40,236 nt of DNA, taken from an uncultured bacterium (lineage in GTDB: Bacteria; Cyanobacteriota; Cyanobacteriia; CAKZMO01). The stretch covers positions 5,655-45,890 of the forward strand of contig CAYXJG010000001.1 in assembly GCA_964465285.1 (NCBI GenBank). Reading direction: 5' to 3'. The position numbers and the translations under genes are program-made. Positions 17,969 to 26,786 of this stretch are shown here, piece after piece. The first letter of the stretch is position 1; every line of letters begins with the position of its first letter. The notes beneath the pieces are model-generated. The model was not told the DNA's origin. It ran no database searches and was given only the letters and a program-made list of their open reading frames with translations.

Positions 17969-18853
17969 CTAAAACTCCTGAAAAATGGCTCCCCGATGGA
18001 TGAGCGATCGCCTCAATTCCCTTGATAACCCAGTATTGTTGTAGAACTTGGTTTCTTGAACACTCAATAATCCCTCCAGGCGACAGGAATTAAATGTTGT
18101 GCGCCGAAAATTGGCTCCGGATAAATTGGCACCAAAAAAACTAACCCCTGCAACACTTGCCAACTCAAAGCTGGCACGATGAAGATTAGCGTTGTTTAAC
18201 TGGCATCCATCGAACGCAGCCTCGTAAAATGACGTGCCTTCTAATCTGGCATGGCGAAAATCAGCCTGGGTTAATGAAGAATAGCTAAAATCAGCATTAC
18301 TAAGCACGGCGTGAGAAAACCGAGTTGCCATGCATTGGGCGAACGCTAAGCGGCTCGCAATCAACTGAGCCGTTTGAAACTCAGTCCCACTTAGGCAAGC
18401 GCTTGATAAATCGGTTCCGTTCAGCGTTGAGTTAGAAAAATTGGTTGAAGTCAGGTCCGTATGCCGCAAATCGGCGTAACTCAAATCAGCGCCAGTCAAA
18501 TTTGCTGAACTCAAGTTTGACCGATAGAGATTGGCATGGATAAAATTTGCGTCTGCTAAGTTTGCCTGGCATAAGTTTGCAGATGGCAATGTTGCCCGAG
18601 ACAGGTTCACGTCCCTGAGGTCTGCACTGCTTAAATCAGCACCGCTCAAGTCAACATGATTCAAATCAGCGCCAGAGAAACTTGATCGGAGATTGAGTCC
18701 GGCTAACCTGGCAAGCTCTGCAAAGTTATCTGTCTCCGCACTAACGACAGCTCTAATGCGCCGCAGCAGTTCCTGCGTAGACTCGGTTTCTTCAGATGTA
18801 AATAATACGCTAAGACGTTCGACCAGCCTCTCAAGGTTCTTTTCTCTTCCCAC
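17969..18853 (-). CDS. pentapeptide repeat protein
   Basis: Long run of A(D/N)Lxx pentapeptides (ADLSGADLSSADLRDVNLSRATL...). GTG start. Confidence 0.85.
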   Translation of the reverse strand: MGREKNLERLVERLSVLFTSEETESTQELLRRIRAVVSAETDNFAELARLAGLNLRSSFSGADLNHVDLSGADLSSADLRDVNLSRATLPSANLCQANLADANFIHANLYRSNLSSANLTGADLSYADLRHTDLTSTNFSNSTLNGTDLSSACLSGTEFQTAQLIASRLAFAQCMATRFSHAVLSNADFSYSSLTQADFRHARLEGTSFYEAAFDGCQLNNANLHRASFELASVAGVSFFGANLSGANFRRTTFNSCRLEGLLSVQETKFYNNTGLSRELRRSLIHRGAIFQEF

Positions 18854-18876
18854 GGCCAGGTTATTTCCCCTGATTG

Positions 18877-19263
18877 TTAACTCGACATTCCATTAGAGAA
18901 TGCTACATGCCAATCAGGATAGCTTTCGGATGAGCTTTTATGCTCTCTTTTCTTTTTTTCTACAGAAATTGTGTTGGGTGACACAGTAGAATTACTTGGA
19001 TGTTCACTATGAACAGATTCCCAGGCATAAATCAAAGTTTCAATAATGGCTCGCTTATTCGGGCTTAAATCACTTTCCAAGATGCGCTTAATCTCAGCCA
19101 TCTCTTTTGACTGCTCAGAGTCACGCTCAGATTCAATTTGGGTCGAAGACGCATGATTGTGTTGAGAGGCGTAAGACCCTTTAGACAGAGCCTCGTAATC
19201 CTGAGCATAGTTTGAGCCATCCATGAAACTAACCTGCCGAGCTATTGAAATTGCAAAGACCAT
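18877..19263 (-). CDS. hypothetical protein (128 aa, or 115 aa from ATG 19224)
   Basis: Only a 23-nt gap to the downstream pentapeptide gene on the same strand. Ser/Glu-rich with no recognisable domain. Confidence 0.4.
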   Translation of the reverse strand: MVFAISIARQVSFMDGSNYAQDYEALSKGSYASQHNHASSTQIESERDSEQSKEMAEIKRILESDLSPNKRAIIETLIYAWESVHSEHPSNSTVSPNTISVEKKKREHKSSSESYPDWHVAFSNGMSS

Positions 19264-20002
19264 AAACGTCTTATAAAAGAAAGTTCACGCTTTTCTTATA
19301 AAACATATTTTTAGTTCATTTGTTTCGGATTACGCTTTTAGTAGGTGTGCCCTTGTGGGTTGTCATATGGGTTGCCACAGGGTCTACATAAAGCGTTTTT
19401 GAAGAAAGCATTGAACACACATTCTCTAATTTTAACGAATTAGTTCAGATACACAAGAATGCGAATCTAAATTTACCATTAATTAAGTATGAATTAGGGA
19501 TGAAGTTTATAGCTAATACCTCCCTTCCCGAAGGTATATTCTCTCTCCCGGTTTATCAGTAGAACACTTGTGTTGCAAGAATGTCAAGGACTTTGCTCAC
19601 CGAGGAAGCACCACGTATATTTGCCTAGGGTGTCAGCCGTCTATCCTTTATGAGCCAATTCTGAACTTGCTCTCTGCCAGATCTACACAGTCAATGTCCT
19701 TAGGCTTCATGACCTATACATATCTCTGGATCATTTTGGATGGATCATTTAATAATGACGGATCATTCCATAAAATATTCTGATAAAACTTTTTGCTTGA
19801 AACAGCGAAAGCTATTAAATATAACTCAGAACATTTATGCTCCTGAGTTAACAGTATCGCGTCCAACCATTTGATGTCATCGTTATATTTCAGGGATCTT
19901 TCAGGGATCATCGACGTCCTGCCCCTAGCTAACTCTGGACAATTAACTAGAGAGCTCAGCTACTTTGTTAGAAGCATGGACTTGAATAGATACCGGGTTG
20001 AC

Positions 20003-20089
20003 CCTAAGGAACGGAAATTAAATAATTTGAACTAAGTTCCGGCGAAGCAGCGCGGCATCGCTGCGCCGCTTCACCCAAATTGGATTCTA
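20003..20089. mobile_element. F4 MITE-like element
   Basis: CCTAAGGAACGGAAATTAAATAATTTGAAC...GAAGCAGCGCGGCATCGCTGCGCCGCTTC. Confidence 0.65.
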
Positions 20090-20186
20090 CTTAGGAATCT
20101 GCGGCTAAAAAAGACACCGGAAGAAAAGAGCAGCGAGCACAGCCCGCTGCTCTTTTCCGGGCATTTATTTTCTTGTAAGTCCCTTA
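20090..20186. mobile_element. F5 MITE-like element
   Basis: CTTAGGAATCTGCGGCTAAAAAAGA...GAGCAGCGAGCACAGCCCGCTGCTC...TTATTTTCTTGTAAGTCCCTTA. Reverse complement of the 13269 copy. Confidence 0.7.
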
Positions 20187-20251
20187 TAGCGCTGTGCAAG
20201 CGCTATAAGGGCAGTTTGTTGAGTGTGCTGAACCCATTGCACACCGCTATA
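20184..20251. mobile_element. short F3 derivative
   Basis: Termini TTATAGCGCTGTGCAA (left) and TTGCACACCGCTATAA (right). Confidence 0.55.
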
Positions 20252-20352
20252 ATCCTTGATCCTAACCCGAGAGGATGCGGGTAAAAGTGCCCGCCCTTGA
20301 ACCTTCGTTCAGGTAGACATATCCAGTTTGCACACTGTTGGAGAATCAAGGT

Positions 20353-22536
20353 TTACTGGGGTTTAGCTTCTGGCAGCATACATTTGTCGGAATCGCATCC
20401 GGCGGGGCCGGCCTCCATGCGATCGCCCTGATCATATCGGGACAGAGCCGCATAGAAGTCATCTACTTGGCGACGGGCCAGCACATCACGCATCATCGAT
20501 TCATAGGCTATCTGGCTAATGGGTTCAAAGGGTAAGCGGGGAAAGGTCTGGTGGTCATCGAAGCGGGCCAGTAGTGCCGCCGAGATGTAGCCCTCGTCGT
20601 TTTGAATGGCATCGTAGATTCGTTGACCCAGCCCATCCACTTCATGTTCCCGCAGCTCAATGGTGGCAGAGGTGTTGTGGGTGGTGTAATGCTGCTGCAC
20701 CTGCATGTAGAAATCAAATTGCGCCAGGGCTGAGAACTGGCTGATATCGACCTCATCTGCTCCGGGGAGGTTTGCCCAGGAGACTTCCGTGGGGATCTCC
20801 ACCAGCCACTCCGTACAGCGCGGATCAAAGGGATCATCCAGGAGCCGCCCCTCTTCATCTTTATCGGACTGGGCAGGCACAATCGAGTATCCGTAGTCTA
20901 GGCATGCCAGGGCGACGGGATCGTTTTTGCCGAAGGTGATGCGGCGGATGAACCGCTGAGCTTTCGGGGGATGCCATCCCGGTGATGCTCCTGTCAGCAA
21001 ACTCTTGGTGCCAGCAGGTTGAACGGTAGTGCAGCGATTAGGGCGCTTGAGGCCATGGCGATCGCAATAGTCCCCGACGACCTGATGCACAATATCTCGC
21101 CAGCGGTTCAGGTATTCCTGTTCCCGCTGTTTAAATTCGATGCCCACCATCGTGTTCGGACGCCCCTCTGCCCACCAGCGGAGCCACTCAGCTCCAAACG
21201 CATGGACGAAGAAGTCGAATAGTCCGGTGAACGACACCCCGACGATGGGGTCTTCCAGGCGAGATTTTTGATAGCGAGGTTCTACAAACTGGTGATTGAG
21301 CAATGACGCTACTGCCAGGGCTCCAGCCGTAAAGGCCCGTTCCTGTTCCTCCGTGTTTATGGGATCAAGGCGGTTCAGGTGAACTTCTGCAAGGTTGCAG
21401 TGGAAGTCTTCGCCAATGATCTCACCACAGGGGTTGAGTCCGTAGCGGCCTTCACCCTGGGCACGATGCTTTGCTTCCCCTGCCCACTGGATGGCTCCCT
21501 CCCCGGAATAGTACTGCTTACGCACGGCTTCGATACAGATGTCTCGGCTGGGTTTTTCGTGGAAGACGCGGGTATGGTTTGCCATGCGGAGGGCATCCCG
21601 CTCGGGATCAATGCGCCAGTTTCCGTCGCCGTCCTGCATCCACAGGTTGTCCTTGGCTGTTGCTGCAATGGTGTCATGGCTGTCAAATTGACGCATCCCT
21701 GCGCTTCTGCGGATGTTTCCAGCAACGACACAGGCTGCCGCTTCGTCGATCAGCAGACAGCACTCGATAGAGCTAAGCTGACGGCCTACCGCCTTATTGA
21801 GAATGCGGGTACAGCGGTCATAGAGGGACGGGAGTCGCACCGGGTTAGCAACGCCACCAAAGCCTTTCAGTCTTTCTCCAGCAGGACGCACATCACTGAG
21901 GTCAATCTCAACATGAACATCCCCATCAAAGCGTTCATCGGTGGAGAGTTCCAGAATGGTTTGGTAAGACGCGACCCAGCCTTTGCGGCTGTCGCCGACG
22001 CGAACCTGTACCCGGTTACCGTTGGCAATGACTCGTGTGGCTTCCTGGCGATCGCCCACCGGGGTTGCCCCGACCTCACCTACAGCAATCACTATAAGGC
22101 GGTTGCGAATGGCAGGCAGTTGGTTAATATATTTGGGTTCAAGCACTGCGCCCGTACCGCAGCCCATCATTGCCAGATCCATCATCAGGCCAAAGGCGTT
22201 CCAGTCCACCACGTTGGTGCTGGTGCAGTTGTACGCGCCAGAGAAATTTTCCGGTTTTTCTAGCCATCGGGTGCCGCCCACCCAGAGCCAGCGCCCAGAG
22301 GGCAGGGCTTTTACCTGGCGCTGCATGTCGGTGATGAGCTGAACTTCCGCGTCGGTCAGCTTGCCGAGTTTGGCGAGGCCACCAATAGTGCGATCGCACA
22401 CATCGCCCCAGGTTTCTCGGGGTTTTCCTTCGCCTTCGTTGCGACGGCTGTAGGTGCGGAAAAACACCGGATTGGCAGCGGGAGCTGTATCCGGAAATTG
22501 ACTGGCCTGACGGGTACGCTCAATATCTTGAACCAT
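20353..22536 (-). CDS. nrdJ: class II (adenosylcobalamin-dependent) ribonucleotide reductase
   Basis: 727 aa. Active-site NPCGEI, a C-terminal Cys pair (GCDSDKC), and the length and N-terminus typical of cyanobacterial NrdJ. Confidence 0.9.
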   Translation of the reverse strand: MVQDIERTRQASQFPDTAPAANPVFFRTYSRRNEGEGKPRETWGDVCDRTIGGLAKLGKLTDAEVQLITDMQRQVKALPSGRWLWVGGTRWLEKPENFSGAYNCTSTNVVDWNAFGLMMDLAMMGCGTGAVLEPKYINQLPAIRNRLIVIAVGEVGATPVGDRQEATRVIANGNRVQVRVGDSRKGWVASYQTILELSTDERFDGDVHVEIDLSDVRPAGERLKGFGGVANPVRLPSLYDRCTRILNKAVGRQLSSIECCLLIDEAAACVVAGNIRRSAGMRQFDSHDTIAATAKDNLWMQDGDGNWRIDPERDALRMANHTRVFHEKPSRDICIEAVRKQYYSGEGAIQWAGEAKHRAQGEGRYGLNPCGEIIGEDFHCNLAEVHLNRLDPINTEEQERAFTAGALAVASLLNHQFVEPRYQKSRLEDPIVGVSFTGLFDFFVHAFGAEWLRWWAEGRPNTMVGIEFKQREQEYLNRWRDIVHQVVGDYCDRHGLKRPNRCTTVQPAGTKSLLTGASPGWHPPKAQRFIRRITFGKNDPVALACLDYGYSIVPAQSDKDEEGRLLDDPFDPRCTEWLVEIPTEVSWANLPGADEVDISQFSALAQFDFYMQVQQHYTTHNTSATIELREHEVDGLGQRIYDAIQNDEGYISAALLARFDDHQTFPRLPFEPISQIAYESMMRDVLARRQVDDFYAALSRYDQGDRMEAGPAGCDSDKCMLPEAKPQ

Positions 22537-22712
22537 AGGTCAATGTCTCACTCTTAAAGTTTCAGGTGTAGTGCTGAGTCACGAATGTTTGACCATAGTA
22601 ACCCTAGTGGTAGCGTTTTTTCACCCCTAATCACGAGCTGTAATAGAATCAGCCGCTGAATAGTTCATGTGCTCTACTTCATCCTACTCTACACAGCCCT
22701 GTCTTTTTGCTC

Positions 22713-22816
22713 CACGACTTGGCAAAGTTCTCACATTCACAACGCAAAAATAGGGGTTTGGCGCGCGCTCAGCGCGCGCCAAACCCCTATTTTTGCGTGA
22801 AACCTGCCAAGTCGTG
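22713..22816 (+). mobile_element. F1 MITE-like element, copy 7 (near-consensus, perfect stem)
   Basis: GCAAAAATAGGGGTTTGGCGCGCGC-tca-GCGCGCGCCAAACCCCTATTTTTGC between intact termini. Confidence 0.9.
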
Positions 22817-22819
22817 TCA

Positions 22820-22922
22820 GGTAAGTACCTCGGCACAATTAAAACCCATAAACCTTGCGCTGCCCGCGCAGATGGCAGCGCAAGGTTTATGGGTTTTATA
22901 CTTAATTGTGACCACCTACTTA
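22820..22922 (-). mobile_element. F2 MITE-like element, copy C
   Basis: GTAAGTACCTCGGCACAATTAA...CCTTGCGCTGCCCGCGCAGATGGCAGCGCAAGG...TTAATTGTGACCACCTACTTA. Lies 3 nt after F1 copy 7. Confidence 0.75.
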
Positions 22923-22950
22923 CGTTGAGATGAACTACGTTGAGATGAAC
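22921..22950. repeat. perfect 15-bp tandem duplication TACGTTGAGATGAAC x2
   Basis: Direct reading. Lies 72 nt upstream of the 23022 CDS. Confidence 0.9.
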
Positions 22951-23021
22951 AAAGCCCGTTGTTATGGTGAAGAATAATTCGGGAATGCTTTAAGCGTCAT
23001 TACTATTTAGTTAGGTCGGCT

Positions 23022-24140
23022 ATGGACGGAAAACAATTGCTAAAACACTACGCCGACGGCAGACGGGATTTTAGTTGGGTTGACCTGAGAGGAATTGACC
23101 TCACCGGAGCGTGCTTGCCGGATATTAATCTGTACCGGGCTGACCTGAGTGGAGCAATCTTACAGCACGCAGACCTGCGAAGGGCGTGCCTTCTTAAAAC
23201 TAATTTAATTCGGGCAAATCTAACGGCTGCGAATTTAGCAGGAGCCAATTTGCGGCGAGCCGATCTGACAGGGACGGTGCTCATTGCGGCAATTCTCGAC
23301 GGTGTCAGGTTTTCAGATATCGCACTGCCTCAGGGAATCCCATCGATTTCGCCATCGGTGCGTCAGTTGGCAATGTACCCGTCGCCCGAACCCGCTCACC
23401 ATAGGTCTGTTCAGCAGCCTCGTCAAAACCTTGCAGTCCATCACCCTACCCCTGAGCAGCCTCCTCCGCCTTCGACACGAAGGCGATGGTCCAAAAATGT
23501 GGCTTCATCACAGACTCCCCTCCCGTTTCCGGGGGCTTCCTCCTTTTACCGTGCTCAAGCGCCTACCTTAGCCGAACTTCCAGTGCCGTCCCTAGCGTTG
23601 CTGTGGTCGGGATACTGCTGTTTTGGCGGGATTTTAGGCATCCACGAGGTGCCCGATGTTCTGTGGCTGATGGTGTGGATGACAGCCCTGGCATGGATGC
23701 TGGGCGAATCGATGGCATGGTTTACGCCCGTGTTGGCGGCGATCGCCGTGATGCTTGGCTCTGGGTTGTCTCTCTGGGCATTGATGTTCGCCGGATCGGT
23801 GTCCTTAGGCTTGGGTGTAGGGCTTGTAATGCTGGGGTGGTCGCTGTCCAAGGCGCTAAAAGACAGCCTGTGGATTGGCGGACTCATCGTTATTGTCATC
23901 AACCTCTCCCTCTGGCTCGTACAGGGGAATGGGCCTCGAGTGGTGTTGTCGGGCTATTTTCCCCTGGCATTTTTGTTGCTCATCGGCATGGGTACGTCGG
24001 GCATTGGGGCGATCGCCTGGCTCCAGATGCAGAAAGACGGGTTCAAGCGCAAGCATATTGCCTGGGCTTTTGGGGTTTGTGCGGCACTCGGATTGTTATG
24101 TGGAGGCATCGTCAGCCGGGGGATGCTGCCGTCCCTTTGA
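23022..24140 (+). CDS. pentapeptide repeat protein with C-terminal polytopic membrane domain
   Basis: N-terminal VDLRGIDLTGACLPDINLYRADLSGAIL..., a Pro-rich linker, then about six hydrophobic helices. Confidence 0.8.
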   Translation: MDGKQLLKHYADGRRDFSWVDLRGIDLTGACLPDINLYRADLSGAILQHADLRRACLLKTNLIRANLTAANLAGANLRRADLTGTVLIAAILDGVRFSDIALPQGIPSISPSVRQLAMYPSPEPAHHRSVQQPRQNLAVHHPTPEQPPPPSTRRRWSKNVASSQTPLPFPGASSFYRAQAPTLAELPVPSLALLWSGYCCFGGILGIHEVPDVLWLMVWMTALAWMLGESMAWFTPVLAAIAVMLGSGLSLWALMFAGSVSLGLGVGLVMLGWSLSKALKDSLWIGGLIVIVINLSLWLVQGNGPRVVLSGYFPLAFLLLIGMGTSGIGAIAWLQMQKDGFKRKHIAWAFGVCAALGLLCGGIVSRGMLPSL

Positions 24141-24281
24141 TTTAAGTAGTTGAGCAAAATTATTTACATACTTTTCTAGGGGTACACTCCGCCGGGGTGT
24201 GCCCCTAGGAAACTTGTTCCTTTGCTTCCCCTTGATCATCGCCTCCCTTTGACCAGAGACGCCGCTCTGCACTCAGAAACG

Positions 24282-25241
24282 TTACACGGCATCGACCATC
24301 ATGTGGGCAACATCTCGCATTGCATACTTAGCTTGCCATCCTAGCTTTGTTCGCGCCTTCGATGCATCGCCGCCGCTTACCGCAATATCAGTAGGTCGAA
24401 AAAGACTTTTGTCAGTCTCAACATGCTCCCGCCAGTTTAGCCCTAGGTAGGTGAAAACCTCTTCGACAAACTCTTCCAGGCTGTTGGTTTGCCCGGTAGC
24501 AATGACATAATCATCTGCTTCCTCCTGCTGAAGTATGAGGTGCATGGCCTCAACATATTCTGGTGCCCATCCCCAATCTCGCTGAATCGACGTATTGCCA
24601 AGGTAGAGCTTAACGTTTTTGCCCCGGGCAATGTCACTAGCTGTAGACACAATCTTTTGGGTAACAAAGCGTCGGGGCCGTAAGGGAGATTCATGGTTAA
24701 ACAAAATGCCGGAACAGGCAAACAGGCTATAGGCTTCGCGGTAGTTGGCAAGCTGCCAAAAAGCCGCAGACTTAGCAACGGCATAGGGGCTGCGGGGGCG
24801 AAAGGCGGTTTCTTCGCTGGCAGGAACGCCTCCCGTATCCCCAAAGCATTCACTGGAGCTAGCGTTGTAAATCTTTATGGGGGCACCGATAAACCGAATG
24901 ACTTCTAATAGATTTAGCGTGCCGATGGTGATGCTCTCCATCGTTTCCACGGGCAGTTCGAAAGACAGACCGACGGAGGTTTGCCCCGCCAGGTTATAAA
25001 TCTCATCCGGTTCAAGCTTGCTGATGAGCTGAAGGACGCTACGAAAGTCTTTCAGCGCCATTGAATAGACACTGATGCGATCGCGGATGCCGAGTCGAAT
25101 GAGATTGCGAAATGTAGACATCTGGGCATCTCGCGAGGTGCCAAAGACCTCATACCCTTTCGTTAGCAAGAGTTGAGCCAGATATGCGCCATCCTGACCT
25201 GAAATACCGCAGATGAGAGCTTTCTTCATAGAGGCGACCAT
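24282..25241 (-). CDS. gmd: GDP-mannose 4,6-dehydratase
   Basis: ALI.GI.GQDG.YLA..LL.KGYEV.G..R Rossmann N-terminus, the SDR YxxxK motif (YAVAK), NHESP.R and RDWG.A.EYV. Alternative start ATG 25229. Confidence 0.9.
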   Translation of the reverse strand: MVASMKKALICGISGQDGAYLAQLLLTKGYEVFGTSRDAQMSTFRNLIRLGIRDRISVYSMALKDFRSVLQLISKLEPDEIYNLAGQTSVGLSFELPVETMESITIGTLNLLEVIRFIGAPIKIYNASSSECFGDTGGVPASEETAFRPRSPYAVAKSAAFWQLANYREAYSLFACSGILFNHESPLRPRRFVTQKIVSTASDIARGKNVKLYLGNTSIQRDWGWAPEYVEAMHLILQQEEADDYVIATGQTNSLEEFVEEVFTYLGLNWREHVETDKSLFRPTDIAVSGGDASKARTKLGWQAKYAMRDVAHMMVDAV

Positions 25242-25438
25242 TTATTTGGGCGATCGCCCTTATTGTACTCAGTGTTGCTTTGAATCAAGTAGAGCTGACG
25301 CAATTTTTGAGGGGTGGTAGGCGATGCTTGCTACTCTCTGGAAACAATGTGCTATGTATCCTGCTGAGATTGGGAAATGGAGGTTTCTCGCAGTGTAGTG
25401 CGCCGCTACTCAGCAAACTGTGCTTAATGTGCTCGCAC

Positions 25439-25468
25439 AACGCTATCGACTCAAACGCTATCGACTCA
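25439..25468. repeat. perfect 15-bp tandem duplication AACGCTATCGACTCA x2
   Basis: Direct reading. Confidence 0.9.
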
Positions 25469-25498
25469 GAAGTTGTATCAGTCCTGGTAGGTAGCTTC

Positions 25499-25588
25499 AC
25501 GACTTGGCAAAGTTCTCACATTCACAACGCAAAAATAGGGGTTTGGCGCGCGCCAAACCCCTATTTTTGCGCGAAACTTGCCAAGTCA
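25499..25588 (+). mobile_element. F1 MITE-like element, copy 8 (loop-less stem)
   Basis: Stem GCAAAAATAGGGGTTTGGCGCGCGCCAAACCCCTATTTTTGC. Flanked by GGTAGCTTC / GGTAGCTTG, which is part of the terminus of the adjacent F2 copy, so this is a nested insertion. Confidence 0.85.
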
Positions 25589-25691
25589 GGTAGCTTGGCA
25601 CAATAAAAACTAGACTAAAACCCTGCACCGTTAGCGCAGCAGGCGGTGCAGAGTTTTACAGGCTTTGTAATTAATTGTGCTCACCTACTTA
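25589..25691 (-). mobile_element. F2 MITE-like element, copy D
   Basis: GGTAGCTTGGCACAATAAAAAC...CCCTGCACCGTTAGCGCAGCAGGCGGTGCAGAG...TTAATTGTGCTCACCTACTTA. Confidence 0.7.
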
Positions 25692-25763
25692 AGAAAGAAA
25701 TGGGAGGTTCCCTAGACGAGAACCTCCACCTCAGACGCAATGACAAACTCGATAATGGAAACG

Positions 25764-25857
25764 AACTATAGCAATCTCAAATGATTTTTGAGAAGAGGGG
25801 CGGGCCGCGCCCACCTCTCTTCTCACTTAACAGTTCACGATCGATTTAGTATCGCTA
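25764..25857 (+). repeat. about 90-bp repeat X (hairpin GAGAAGAGGGGCGGGC..CCCACCTCTCTTCTC), inverted partner at 33574-33658
   Basis: AACTATAGCAATCTCAAATGATTTTTGAGAAGAGGGG...CACTTAACAGTTCACGATCGATT is about 90% identical to the reverse complement of 33574-33658. Confidence 0.85.
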
Positions 25858-25952
25858 TATCTTTTTTGAGACATTTGTACTATATTCATCATGTCACCCA
25901 CTTGCATATCTCCGGACAGTCTATTCAGGTTTGCACTGGTTACAGGGCTATT

Positions 25953-26177
25953 CTAAACGGCGTGCTTGAACAGGGCGTCGAGATAGACGCGGGCTGTGCG
26001 CCGATAGTTGCGAGTGGCATCCATGCTAGTGCTGGTGCCATTTTGCAGCAAAAACAGGGAAAGAGCCGCTGAGAAGACGCGATCCTGATCCCAATCTGGG
26101 TGGGTTTCTAGATAGTTGCTTAGGGACTCATGCAGGTCTTCGGGAATTTCAGCCAAAATGCTGACAGTTGCGTTCAT
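25953..26177 (-). CDS. DUF2811-like small conserved cyanobacterial protein (74 aa)
   Basis: IPEDLHESLSNYLETHPDWDQDRVFSAALSLFLLQN matches my recollection of DUF2811. AGAGGAG ribosome-binding site. Confidence 0.65.
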   Translation of the reverse strand: MNATVSILAEIPEDLHESLSNYLETHPDWDQDRVFSAALSLFLLQNGTSTSMDATRNYRRTARVYLDALFKHAV

Positions 26178-26594
26178 GGGGGGACTCCTCTAAAACGGTG
26201 AATGGGCAATCAACCTCACGGCCCTCCGTCTGGAAATTCCTAAAATTTCTCAGGCGAAAGCGACGCCTTCTGACGGAGAGGAAATCCCTGCCCCCCTACG
26301 CGGACACGGCATAGCAGCTGTAAAGGGGGCAGAGCTTACTCAGGCCAGAGCGCCTTCATAAGGTAGGTGGGCATCATTCTGCGGTATGTCACCCAGAACC
26401 GTCAATGGCATTTATGTGAAGCGAAAGCGTTTACAAAAAGATCCGATTTACGAGGAAATGAGGCTTTGAGGTCGTTTTCTGTTACTTAACTTTACAAAAA
26501 ATAGGGATTTCTCAGGAAAATTACCCTTGTGTATTCGTATTCCCCAGCAAGAGACAGAGATCCTTGCAGCACGAAGGGTGGGCTGTTCAGAAGT

Positions 26595-26678
26595 TGTGGA
26601 AAACCTGGGGAGATGTGTGGAAAACTGTGGAAAACCTGTGGAAAGGATGGGGAAACCTTGTGGAAAGAGTGGGGAAAA
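26595..26678 (+). promoter_or_regulatory. array of eight co-oriented, helically phased DnaA-box-like 9-mers (candidate oriC or DnaA-binding locus)
   Basis: 9-mers start at 26595, 26606, 26616, 26626, 26637, 26648, 26659 and 26670. Three are perfect TGTGGAAAA, three have one mismatch, one has two and one has three. Spacing is 10-11 bp. Confidence 0.6.
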
Positions 26679-26786
26679 ACTCTCCGAAAGATAAGAATTG
26701 AAAAACGTCAGGAAATTCAAAATATTGCTATCCCCTAGAGCTTCACGGCAGGCTTGTGTAGAATAGCGATCGCCCATCTAGGGCAT

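Noticed and set aside
21379-22263. 294-aa plus-strand ORF antisense to nrdJ (also 16870-17541 antisense to stpA, 23486-24145 alternate frame in the pentapeptide/membrane gene, 9574-10148 antisense in the zinc-ribbon gene)
   Set aside because: These are typical long shadow ORFs in GC-biased coding DNA. The opposite or alternate frame carries clear family motifs, and these ORFs have none.
22537-22712. Cobalamin riboswitch or NrdR boxes in the nrdJ leader
   Set aside because: I could not find a B12-box-like core or two phased NrdR-type palindromes by eye. Only a weak partial palindrome is present on the minus strand (ACCACTAGggttACTATGGT). A covariance-model scan would be needed.
26270-26290. 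GAGAGGAAATCC resembling the RNase P RNA GAGGAAAGUCC motif
   Set aside because: Only a partial match. None of the other conserved RNase P (or tmRNA, SRP or 6S) sequence blocks could be found nearby.
26448-26777. 109-aa minus-strand ORF, and the 69-aa plus-strand ORF at 26529-26738, covering the DnaA-box array
   Set aside because: Their odd periodic peptides (FPQGFPILSTGFPQFSTHLPRFST / CGKLWKTCGKDGETLWKEWGK) are just translations of the 10-11 bp DNA repeat. There is no ribosome-binding site and no recognisable domain.
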